Positions 50,480-61,384 of a DNA stretch of 64,000 nt are shown here, one piece after another; the first letter of the stretch is position 1, and each line of letters starts with the position of its first letter. The position numbers and the translations under genes were made by a program. The DNA comes from Camelus ferus (Eukaryota). Where the stretch lies: assembly GCF_009834535.1 (NCBI RefSeq), contig NC_045696.1:80168001-80232000 (forward strand). Direction: 5' to 3'. A model generated the notes under the pieces. That model did not search any database. It was not told the DNA's origin and saw only the letters and a program-made list of their open reading frames with translations.

Positions 50480-50760
50480 AGTTATTTTAAAGTGCAGATA
50501 TCATAACATATTTTCAGACCCAGTTATAAGTACTTCTATTGTAAAAAGCTGTGTTAAATAAAACTCAGTGGGTTTGAAGCTTCTTAAATCCTTTGAAATA
50601 CTATGTGCACTGTAAATTTCCAAAGAGGGTGATGGGGAGGATGGTGGTGGATCTAGCATGCAGCATTTCCTAAACTTAGCTGACCAAGGAAGCCTTTTTG
50701 ATAGTGTGGCCCATGGGAATGGTGTTCCTTAGAAACTGCTTTAGAAACTGCCAGTCTAAC
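50480..50760. mobile_element. hAT-Charlie fragment (Charlie4/MER103-like)
   Basis: aatactatgtgcactgtaaatttccaaagaggg...tgcagcatttcctaaacttagctgaccaaggaagcctttt. Confidence 0.45.
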
Positions 50761-52359
50761 TGAATTATGTAAACAGATTTCAAGGCAAAAAACCTAAAGA
50801 CTGAAAGACTGAGTATAGTGCTGTACAAGAGATGACATAGTAACTAAGGGTGGGAAAGTGAGAACTCTTAAAACCTCCAATTAGAAATTTAAGAGAGAAA
50901 TGAAATAACTTGGCACATTAGAGTAACTTCAGTACCTTGACTGTAGAGGCAGGCAGAACCTTCAGAGAGATGCATAATCCCATGTGATGTTATCTGAACA
51001 TCTGTAAGTGTTGTGATCTACCCAGACGGAATAACATGAAAAGAATTCAGTGTCCTATCCAGAAGTTAACAGTTAACAAGTGGTGAAGGAAGCTGTGTGT
51101 GTGTGTGTGTGTTTGTATGAGTGTGTGTATAAGATTAGATATGCAGCAGATTTAAACCTGCTCCCCTTTACAGCAAAACTCCTCAATAGAATTGTGTGTT
51201 CTTCCCGTCTCTATTTCCTCCTATCAGTGTTGCTTTGAAACTGATCTTGTCAAAGTCACTAACTGCCTAACTGCCAACCCAAGTGGGTAATTTTCAGTCT
51301 TTTTCAGTCAGTTTGGTATATGATTTGTTTTTAAAAGTTTATCTATTTCATCTAAATTTTCACATCTGTTGGCATAAAATCTTTCACAGTGTCCTTTTAT
51401 TATCTTTTAAACATCTATATCAGTCTCAAATTAGCTGTTGATCTCTACCTAGGTCACTTTGAACACCTCTTTTAGGAGCTTCCAGGTCCCTTAAAACAAG
51501 CATTTTAATATTCATTGTAGTACCTTTTCTTTAATTCTTTGCATCATTTTCAGCACTCTTACTTACACAACTTTAGTTAACCATTAACGGTTTTAAGTAT
51601 TTTACTAAATACCAAATAAATTACAGAAATACAAGTTATGGTGGAGTGAACTACATGTGTTACAGAGATCACAGAGTTTGGAAAATCATGCCAAAGTACT
51701 CACTGGCCAGAAGTCCTTGTGTTTTGAGCTAAGGCTCATTGGCTAAGACTGTAGTAAACATCTGTAACTCTTGCTTTTATTTCCTAAGACTATACCATAG
51801 CACTCAAAACATGGGACCATATAAACGTTAATATGCAAATAAATATGCTACATCAGTATGGACATACAAACTTAAAAAAAAAAAACTTATTTCTGAGATA
51901 AATAGTATTATAAAAGTCAGTGCTCCCGAGGCAACATATAAGGAGGTGCACTTGTGCATATAAAGAGACAGAGACAAGGATACTTGAAAGACAAAAACCT
52001 GAGACCTCATAGGTATGGTATTCTTATGATAGTATCCAGACACTGGGTAGGACCTGGTCAGTTTACCTGAGTAGTTTCTCCCTTTTAAGTTTCATTCCAT
52101 GCAATTCAGCTAACAACCCATATTTATTTAGCATAAGGTACCAGCATTTGTAGTTACACATCGTAGACACTGATAACTATCATGCCTTCAGGATAAAAGG
52201 CAGCAATGTCTGCTACCCAGGTCTAGCATACTAACACACCAAATCTCTAGTATTGAGTTGCCCCTTCTAGGTTTTGCCTTAGAGTTAGTGCAACCACTAG
52301 TACATAGCCGGGAACAATGACAAAGCTCTACTGTGCTGGGCCCCGGGCACACGTATGAC

Positions 52360-52606
52360 CAGGGCCGACTTGTCAATAGGCACGAGGAGCACCATAACTC
52401 AGGCTCACGGTGCTTTTAGAGTCCCATGGAAATGGTTTAATTCTTTCAAAATCAGGGGGAAAAAACCTAAACTTTTAGGTTAGGTTTAGGTTTTAACATA
52501 TAATCTTGATATATTCTTTGCAATATGTAACTTAATCTTTTTTACAGAGGGAGGGGCCAAAAAAGCCAAAGTGCCTAAGGTCAGGGAGAGTCAGAGTGTA
52601 GTCCTG
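52360..52606. mobile_element. hAT-Tip100-type MITE (ORSL-like)
   Basis: cagggccgacttgtcaataggcac...ttttagagtcccatggaaatggtttaattctttcaaaatcag...aggggccaaaaaagccaaagtgcctaaggtc...gtcctg. Confidence 0.55.
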
Positions 52607-53399
52607 CTGTGGCCCGAGGGGAAGGCAGTCCTCTAATCTGCGAAATGCTGAAGTGGAAGACAGAGTACTGCAGAGAGATGGCCTTTGGGGGTTCTCCCAT
52701 GGCAAAAGGAAAAGACTGTGTTTTAAACACATCCCCAGAGATTGACTCTTCCTGCCCTGAATCACAGGGCTGATCCATGTCGACCCTGGTAAGGAGCAGG
52801 CATGGCTGTTGGCTCATGAGGGAGGTGGCTCTGTGACGGATAAAGAGTGGATTGGCTAGTGCACCAAGAGTACAGACGCAAAAAGAACGCCCCAAACGGG
52901 GTGGTCTAAACACCACCACCAAGGTTTTGTAAAAACAGGATTAAACCTGTGACAACAATGATCTGAAATAGTGTGTGTTGGGGGTGGAGGGTGTAGCTGA
53001 GAACTAGTCTGTAGAGGACCAGTAAGTCATCAGAGAAATAGGTTGTGTGGATGAGGAGAGTATGATGCAGAACAGTGCCTGTGGATGGGCTGTTCTACCC
53101 TCTCATCCTCATGGAAATGGGTGGATATCAAAATCATCTGGAGGGTTTTTAAAAGCAGAGGGACCCCACCAGAGAGTCTAACATCCAGTCCCCTAACCCC
53201 TGGGGGAAGTTTTAAACCCTCCCTTTAAAATTCACTGCCATAATATACCACCATTACTGATAAGAGTATATTGTATTTCTCACTGTGATGAGAAAAAAAA
53301 CCAAACCCAAATTAATGACTGCTGATGTAGAAGACAAAGGACTACTGAGACACCGAGAGCCAACACTTCCCTTTTGTTTACTGAGTCCTTTACGCATTT

Positions 53400-53630
53400 C
53401 AACTCATTTAATGCTTTGTACATTTCTTTACTACAGTGCTTTACACATTTCAACCCGTTTCATTTTCACAAAAATCCAACAAGGGAGTTATTTATTATAA
53501 CTACCCCATTTTATAGATAGAGCAACTGAGACACAGAGAGGTTAGGTAACTTAACTAGGGTCACACAGCCAGTGAATGTCCATGCTGGTATTCAAACCCA
53601 GGCAGCCTGGCTGTGGAGTTAATGCTATTA
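53400..53630 (-). mobile_element. MIR SINE
   Basis: ccccattttatagatagagcaactgagacacagagaggttaggtaacttaactagggtcacacagccagtgaatg...ggtattcaaacccaggcagcctggct. Confidence 0.8.
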
Positions 53631-56049
53631 CTAGTCATTGAGGACAGAAATCAGTAAAGTGACACTCACTTGTGTTATATCTACCCACGTGAGTTATTTA
53701 GTAAATCACTTATGTTTTTCTCAATTCCTTGTTTTACAAAATCATAGGAAAGAACTCATTTCCTATTAAAATAGGAATTCTGAAGTCCTGGGTGGATCCA
53801 GCAGTTTATCTGGAGGGCCCTGGCAAAGAACGATCTTGTTTCAGTCTTGCCAAATGAAGTAAATTGCCAAATTATGAAGTGACTAAATTCATCCTTTGAG
53901 AAGTCACATGCATCAAAACAAGTCTGAACTTATTCATATTTGTAATCATTTACTCTAATGTTTTGACATGTTTTTACTTCTCCAGTGGATTATGGAATTT
54001 AGTCCAAATAGCTTTCTCAACAACTGGATCTGAACATAAGTACTCAGGGGAACACCAAGAACATTCTCTAATTCACCACTCGTATCCCAGCATGAAGAGG
54101 TGTTAGAAACCCACTGCTTTGTTCTTTTTACCTTCTCCTTTTTCTATTGCTCCTTTGTGAACCAGAGTAGGTCTGCAGTGGCACCAGCCTCCTCTTTCTT
54201 CAGCCGTCACTGCCCTGTGCCAGGTACTGCTCTCATGTTGGCCTTAACTGCTCAGCCCTTGTACACAAGCTCCACGCCGTTCCTCCAACCTAATGAGAAT
54301 TTTACCTCCCAGGAAAGAAGGATCTCCTTTTGAAAGCTTTTCCTCTTAAAGATATTTCATCCATCTTGGAAGCACAGGGAATGTTTTTTTCTGAAGTCAC
54401 ATCTCCCCTCTTCAAATTAACTGTCTCAACTGAAAGGCAATCTTGATTTGAAGGTGGACAGTAAATTGTTTTACATCCGTGATGATCTGCCTAGTTGCAA
54501 ACAAAAAGGGACCCACGATAAGAGTTACGGAAAGCTGTGAGGGGAAGGAAAGCGCTTTCTCTGCCGAGCCACGGTGGTGTAGAAATATACTGCCATACGT
54601 TGTACTGAGTTGTGCGTGTGTGTTATTCAGTGTATGTTCATGACTGCAAAAATAATACATAATTGCTATAGCTGTTTGGAAAACAAAGCCACAGAGATGA
54701 ATATGAAATAATCCATAGTTCCACGGCCGGAGATAATACATGTTAATCATGTTAATTCATAAGTGTACGTCTATCCAGTCACTAAAAGGACATGTCCCAC
54801 TCACTGTTTTGTTATGATTTTTTTGTGATGTTTTTCACATCATTAAGTGTTCTTTTACTACATGATTCTTTATTGATGTATCTGATCTAAAATCAGATCT
54901 AACATATCTTAATATACATTAATGTTGAATAATAAAAAATTGCCATTTCTGTGGTCAAAATAGTTGAATATCATCAACTTTATGTGTTTCAAACTATTTT
55001 CCTCTTCCTGGATTCTTAGGTTATTTCCAGTTTTTTATTTTGTAAATAATGATGTGATGAACATTTTGCAGATAAATCTCTTTGCAAAATCATGGTTGTT
55101 TCCTTCAGATAAAAAAGAAGGACGCACATTTTTATGGCCTTTGAAATGCGTTGCCAACATTCCCTCCAGATAATGCTGATTTACAATTTCTTTGGCATTC
55201 TCACTGCATTAAAAAAAAAAAAAACCTCAATTATGTTTAGCTAATCCTTATACTAATACCATGAAATCTTATGACTGTTGGTTACCTCCCCAGCATAGTC
55301 TTCTAGTTTAAATATTATGAAACAATATTTTTACATGTCCAGAAAAAAAATTTGAAGTATGAACCAGCCATAAAATGGATCAAAATCTTGGGTGGTAAAA
55401 CTTGTGTCTGAAAGATTCTTGCTTTAAAATCTCATAGCATTTTGGAAATTATACTAATAGACTTAAGGGACATGCTTGCACTTGATTTGAAAGATGTTTA
55501 AAAAAAAAGTATTCTTACTATGTGGACAGCCAGATAATTTAGAATCAGCATCTCTGTAAAGAAAGAAAATCAAAAGCAATTTCTCTTCCACATGTTGTTT
55601 GGGGTACTGGTACTTCAGTTGCCACTTACGGATTTTCTGAATCCTTTTCTACACCAGTCGCATAACTTAGCAGCCCCAAACTTCTTTGCCAGTGAACCTT
55701 ATCTAGTAATTGCAAGTTTTATAGCTTTCAATTGCTTTGGGGGATATTGCTTTTTGGAGACAAGAGAAGACTGTTATGATCTTTGGGCTAAGGTTAAACT
55801 GAGTTTGAAAGAAAACTTAATTTAAAACCTCAGTTTGAGAGAGAATCCTGCAACAAACACTTTACAACCTGAAAGAAAATATATCTGTATAATTTACTTA
55901 CACAGAAACTAGATAATATGCACATGAAGCTACCCAGTCATATAAAGGAATTAGTCAACGTAGTATTTCTTCTTTCCTAGAATAGGCTAAATCATCCTAG
56001 ATATTTTTCTGATAAAAAAATGTTTTTAAAATCATCGGTGCCTCTCCCC

Positions 56050-56740
56050 CAATAAGCTGTGCATTTGTAAATCTGAAATAACAGATGAGTGACAGCTCTG
56101 ATCATCAAAGCAGAAACAGAATTTATATCTTAAAGTTTGTTAAAACAACATTAAGATGATAATTATCAAGTCAGTAAAGGTTTTCAAAAACTACAACACT
56201 GAGATTGGTACTCTTAAGCAAATGCTGGTGAGAGTGTGAATTAGTCTAACCTTTAGGAAAATAAGCAGACAATATGCTTTAATAAACTTCACATTTTAAT
56301 ATCTCTTAACCCAGTAGTTCTGCTACTGGGCAGTTTGATATGTGGAGACAGATTTGTGAAAAGATGAATGGTCACAATATTCTTTTGGTTGTAGTATTTG
56401 GAAGCAATAAATGTTGTTAGAAAAATGGATACAAATTAAATTACATTAGAGAATATTATGTAATAAAATGATCCCTTCAAGTAGTTTTATAAAATGGAAA
56501 ATAAAAATATTCAGGGAGTAAAGCAAAATATATTATATATACTATATATACGTAAATCTTTTCCTACATTGTTCATTCTTACCATAATTTTGTTACTATA
56601 TACTTAAATGAACAGGAAAAAATCTTGAAGAAAATATACCAAAGAAACAAAAACAAAAGACCTATGGCAATTATTGATGATTATCGCTTTCTATATTACA
56701 TTTTCTGCCTGTTCTAATTTGTTTAAAAAGAATATACATT
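56050..56740 (+). mobile_element. Ancient L1 (L1ME-like) 3' fragment
   Basis: tgctggtgagagtgtgaattagtctaacctttaggaaaataa...ctcttaacccagtagttctgctactggg. Confidence 0.5.
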
Positions 56741-57334
56741 AACTTTTATGAAAGTTTCATAAAGATTGTGAAAGAAAAAGGGAAGAAAGAAAAGAAGGGA
56801 GGGAGGGAGGAAGAAAGAAGGGAGAAGGACATATTGATTACAGAGTGGTTGGGGAGTAAGTATCTTTTTAAAGAAAATTATTCTGGGAAAGAAGAAAACA
56901 TGAAGTTTGGTTGGACTGCTAAATGTGACAACACAGATATGACTATTCCTTCTTTTCAAATTGTTTCATGGTATGAGGTAGAAAGGCACGGGAACTGAAA
57001 TGAAATGAGAGCTGGCAGCTCACATTGGGTGGACTTCGGTCCCTGGAGTCCACAAACAAAAGATAATGGGGGCACATATGGTGCCAGGGTTTTTACGTAA
57101 CTTCAATAACAAGATATCGGCTACCTTGAACATATTCAAGTCTCTTCCCTTTAATGAGGCCCCTCCCTGCCTGGCCAGGTTATATGAATGCCTGTCACAT
57201 GGACTCAGTTCCTTACACTATCTTGGCCTGGTATTTTTCTTTCTAGGGGTCACAGTTTATATCTTTCAGGGTCTGTTACCTAGCACTACCTACCTTACCA
57301 GTTGCTTCATTGATGCTAACTAACAAAGGAGTGG

Positions 57335-57845
57335 GTGTTAGTCCTGGTTCTTGGTTGCAAAACTAAAAACCAATTCTGGATAACTTAGTAAGAAAAGGAA
57401 ATCATTGAAAGAGTCTTGTGTCACTGATGGAATTGGACAGAAGGCCAGAGATCCAGATCCCAGCAAAAACAAACACAACCAGGACCTTTTCACAGGAACT
57501 GCCTCTTAGGACCCCATCTCTACTGTTGTTGCTATGGATACACACTGCTGACCAACTCTGATCTCAGCGTTGCTGCTGCTGCAGCACTCTTCCACCTGTA
57601 GGTGCAGGAATCTAGACCCCGTGGCTGCAGCCACAGAGACTAATAGCTGCCTGATCCTACCTTGAGAGTCAAGAGCTGGTAGAGGCATCTGCTCAGCCAC
57701 TCTGGCTGCCAGGACAAGGAGAAGTGTCATGTCCACCTTCCCTGGCTTCTGTAGAGAAGTTGAAGCCTGACCTCTCACCGTTGTTGACAGTCCCCTCAAA
57801 TAAGAAGGGTGTTTGGATAGTGGGCAGCCAAAATGTCAACTGTCC
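57335..57845 (-). mobile_element. Old MaLR LTR (MLT1K/L/N-like)
   Basis: tgttagtcctggttcttggttgcaaaactaaaaaccaattctggataacttagtaagaaaaggaaat...gatagtgggcagccaaaa. Confidence 0.5.
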
Positions 57846-57939
57846 TTTGTGAACAGTGATGATGATGATGAAACACAGACCACAGCTTTTGCTTTTGTAA
57901 AATAATATTGTCTGAGTTAACACAGTATTAAAAAGATAC

Positions 57940-59142
57940 ACAAGGAAGTGGTGGCTGGATCATCAAAGTATTAGAGACTGGAGAGGGGACATCCTCCTGA
58001 TGGGCAGAGATCCAAGACCACTGCACCTGGTCACAAACTTTGTGTGAAGAGAAAGGTGACGTGAATTAAGATTACACACGACTATTGGTGGGAATGTAGT
58101 TTGGTGCAGCCATTATAGAAAACAGTATGGAGATTCCTCAAAAAACAAAAAATAGACTTACCATATGACCCAGAAATCCCACTCCTGGGCATATATCCAG
58201 AGGGAACTCAAATTCAAAAAGATACATACACCCCAGTGTTCATAGAAAACAAACTTATGGTTGCCAGTGGGAAGAGGATAAATTGGGAGTTCCAGATTTG
58301 CAGATACTAACTACTATATATAAAACAGATAAAAAGCACGTTTATACTGTATAGCACAGGGAACTATATTCAGTATCTTGTAGTAACCTATAATGAAAAA
58401 GAATATGAAAAGAAATACATGTATTTATATGTATGACTGAAACATTATGTTGTATGTCAGAAATTAACACAACATTGTAAACTGACTATACTTCAACTCA
58501 AAACGTACATTTAAAAAACATAAAAAAGTCATATACACAGACTGACTGGAAGTATCAAATGGCTTAGCCTGTTGTTAGGAACCTGGAAGAAACAAGAATG
58601 TAAAGTCAAGTATAAATAAATCCAGAGAAGAAGCACGTGGATGGATCTGTGGGAGGATGAAGCTTTTTGTGCCATGTGTTAATGTCCACCAGAAAGCATC
58701 CATCGCAGAAGAGGCACTAAACAAACAAGTAGACAGGATGACTCAGCCAGTTAATGTCGGCCAGCAACAGCCTCAGCCACCCCAGGGCTGTGCAATGGGC
58801 TCGTGAATGGAGTCGCCATGATGGCAGTGGGAGTCATACACAGCACTCAACCGCACGGCCTCTCTTTGTTCAGACTGACCACTGCTGACTATCCACCTTG
58901 CCAGCACAGGGGTGAATGCTGAGCCCCAACATGGCACCATTCCTTGAAGTGGCCCACCAGCCACTTGGTGGCAATTTGATTATGTCAGATCCCTTCTACC
59001 CTAGAATGTTTCTTCACGACTGGGTGAGGCTTTGCCTTTTTTGCCTATGATCAATCACACCACTCAAGGGCTAATCTACCAACATGGAACCCCATATAAC
59101 ATCACCTCAGACCAAAGGATCCTCTTTATAGCACAGGGGGTG
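57940..59142 (+). mobile_element. ERVL-class endogenous retrovirus pol relic (RNase H to integrase), split by an L1 insertion
   Basis: Decayed codons recall ERVL pol motifs: GEG.SS.WAE (ggagaggggacatcctcctgatgggcagag), HVN.HQ (catgtgttaatgtccaccag), PATWWQ.DY..PL (ccagccacttggtggcaatttgattatgtcagatccctt), HG.P..I.SDQ (catggaaccccatataacatcacctcagaccaa). Confidence 0.75.
58084..58525 (+). mobile_element. 5'-truncated, internally deleted lineage-specific L1 3' end
   Basis: ggtgggaatgtagtttggtgcagccattatagaaaacagtatggag...gttCATAGaaaacaaacttatgg...acattgtaaactgactatacttcaa followed by an A-rich tail. Confidence 0.9.
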
Positions 59143-59144
59143 AT

Positions 59145-59345
59145 TTGGGTGTGTTCAAATCTTAACTCAGCCACTTGTCATGTTAGGATCATCACTTAAC
59201 TTTTCTGATTCCAACTTTCTTATACATAAAGTCAATGAACACACAATTGCAACACAAGAGTTAAATGACAGAATGTATAAAAAGCACTTAACACAGTGCC
59301 AGGCACAAAGTAGTCTTCAATCAATCGTAACAAGTAAATAAATAA
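59145..59345 (+). mobile_element. MIR SINE
   Basis: gttcaaatcttaactcagccactt...gagttaaatgacagaatgtataaaaagcacttaacacagtgccaggcacaaagtag. Confidence 0.7.
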
Positions 59346-60078
59346 AACTAAGTTCTTTGGGTTGCAGGGGCAAGAGAAAGGACTATGTAATATTCTTGAC
59401 CACTGAAACCTTTTACTTCTTACATAAGACCCAGAGAAAAACCATGAGTTGCATTTTACAGAATGCTGATGTGGTGAAATTAAATCATGCTTACTCATCA
59501 CAAAGTGGAGAGTATTATCTAAAGAATTTGAACTGGGTAAACAGTTAAGCAAGATAACTTCAGGCAAATATCCCTATTGACAATCCAGAAACCTCTGCAT
59601 TAAAAAAAAAAAAAAGAGGAGCCATTATTTAATTCTAAGAAAACTAGCATCTGCCTTACTAGTATTTTCCAAATCAACATCAATATTTTCCACCTTGGCT
59701 ACATGATATTCTGGCCAAAATATTCTTGACATTTGTTTATTTAATGACATGTTATGTGTCGATTTGAAAACTGCAGTCCTCCAGATTCTGGTTCTGGGTG
59801 ACCTTACTTCTGGTGCATCCCAGTGAAATTCTGAGAGGAATCCCAGAGGGCATGACGGGGTTGGAGGTGAAGAGGTTCCACGCTCAGAAGGAGGGATTTG
59901 GTCCAGGATTCAGCCTCGGGAAAGGCAGTAGCCAGAGCCCAAAACAGCCAGGCCAAGGTACTTATGATTTGTTTAGTAGAGAAAGAAGTCTCAGAATTTT
60001 TTTAAAAAATAGAATTGGGATAATGAAATGTACAGAAGGATAAGGAGTAATTTTCAGAAAAGGAGACTCAATAGATAT

Positions 60079-60466
60079 TGAATTAGTTTGCTAGGGCTGC
60101 CTTGAGAAAACATCCCAGGCTGAGTGGCTTGAACAGCAGAAATGTATTTTCTCATAGTTCTGGAGGCTAAGGCAGTCCAAGATGTTAGCAGGCGTGGATT
60201 CTCCCGAGGCCTCTCCTCTTGGCTTGCAGACAGCCACTTTCTCGTGTGTCTTCACGTGGCCTCCTCTCTGTGTGCCCATCCCTCGTGTCTCTTCCTTTTC
60301 TTGTAAGGACACCAGTCGTATTGGATGAGAGCTTCATTCTTACAATCTTCATTTCACCTTAATTATCTCCTTAAAGTTCCCATCTCCAAAAATAGTCACA
60401 TTCTAAGGTGCTGAAGACTAGGTTTCAACATATGATTTTGGGGGGAAGACAGTTCAGTCTGTAACA
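60079..60466 (-). mobile_element. MaLR solo LTR (MLT1B-like)
   Basis: TGaattagtttgctagggctgcc...tctcatagttctggaggcta...cttgtaaggacaccagtcgtattggat...aatagtcacattctaaggtgctg...cagttcagtctgtaaCA. Confidence 0.85.
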
Positions 60467-61175
60467 GGCGTTAATATAGACAGATCAAACATTTTTTGAC
60501 ATACTGCCAAAATTTTTATCTCCTGAAAAATGCTTATTAGCCTTGAACTCAGTGAAAGAATTGCATCTATGAACATTTACTTCTGTAGTGTACTGCAAGG
60601 CATGACTTCCCTCTCTGCACTCTTAGAAAAATGCTAGTCTGCATTTAGAAAAATCATTTTAAAATTATTTGTTCAGGAGAGAGTAGATCTCTCTCACACA
60701 GCCTTCCCCAAAAGACTACATGGATCAGATTTACACCTTTCTATGTGGAGGAAGAGCCAATTTGGAGTCTGGAAATCAGAATTCTAGTCATGGCCTTACT
60801 TCTGTCTAGTTGAATGATCTTAAGAAAATCACCTTGCCTCTTTGGAGCAAGGCAAATTCACCCTGCAGCATTTGCTTGGGAAACAAGACTCCCTTTCAGC
60901 CTTTTCACTTAGGTTTGAAGTATGTCAAAGATCATTGGTGCATTAGTTTTCACGTAGTTCTTTTGTGTCCATATCCAACATCTGGCTGGAATACAAAGTA
61001 GCAAACATTACTATGGCAAGAGTCCAGGCTTACTACCTAAATAAGATATACAAGTTAATAGAAACATGAAACTTTATAATAGACACTCTCCTCTTCTAAC
61101 AGAGAAAAAGGGAACACAAAGGTTTTTTCTTTTTTTTTAGTTGGCACAGATGTTAGGGTTATTTTTTCCTCCTCC

Positions 61176-61178
<3 letters not shown>

Positions 61179-61210
<32 letters not shown>
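61179..61210. repeat. Poly-T run (~32 nt)
   Basis: Homopolymer. Confidence 0.9.
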
Positions 61211-61211
<1 letters not shown>

Positions 61212-61212
61212 G

Positions 61213-61384
61213 TCTTAAGCAATGAGCATTTATTTCTCACAGTTCTGGAGGCTAGGAAGTCCAAGATCTAGGTGTAAACCAACTTGATTTCTGGTGAGGG
61301 TGCTCTTCCTGGTTTGCAGACAGACATCCTCTTGCTGTGTCCTTGCATACTACAGAGAAAGATCATCTTTCTCATGTCTCTTCT
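61213..61384 (-). mobile_element. MaLR LTR fragment (MLT1A0-like), interrupted by L1
   Basis: catttatttctcacagttctggaggctaggaagtccaagatc...tctggtgagggtgctcttcctggtttgcagacagacatcctcttgctgtgtcct. Confidence 0.8.
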
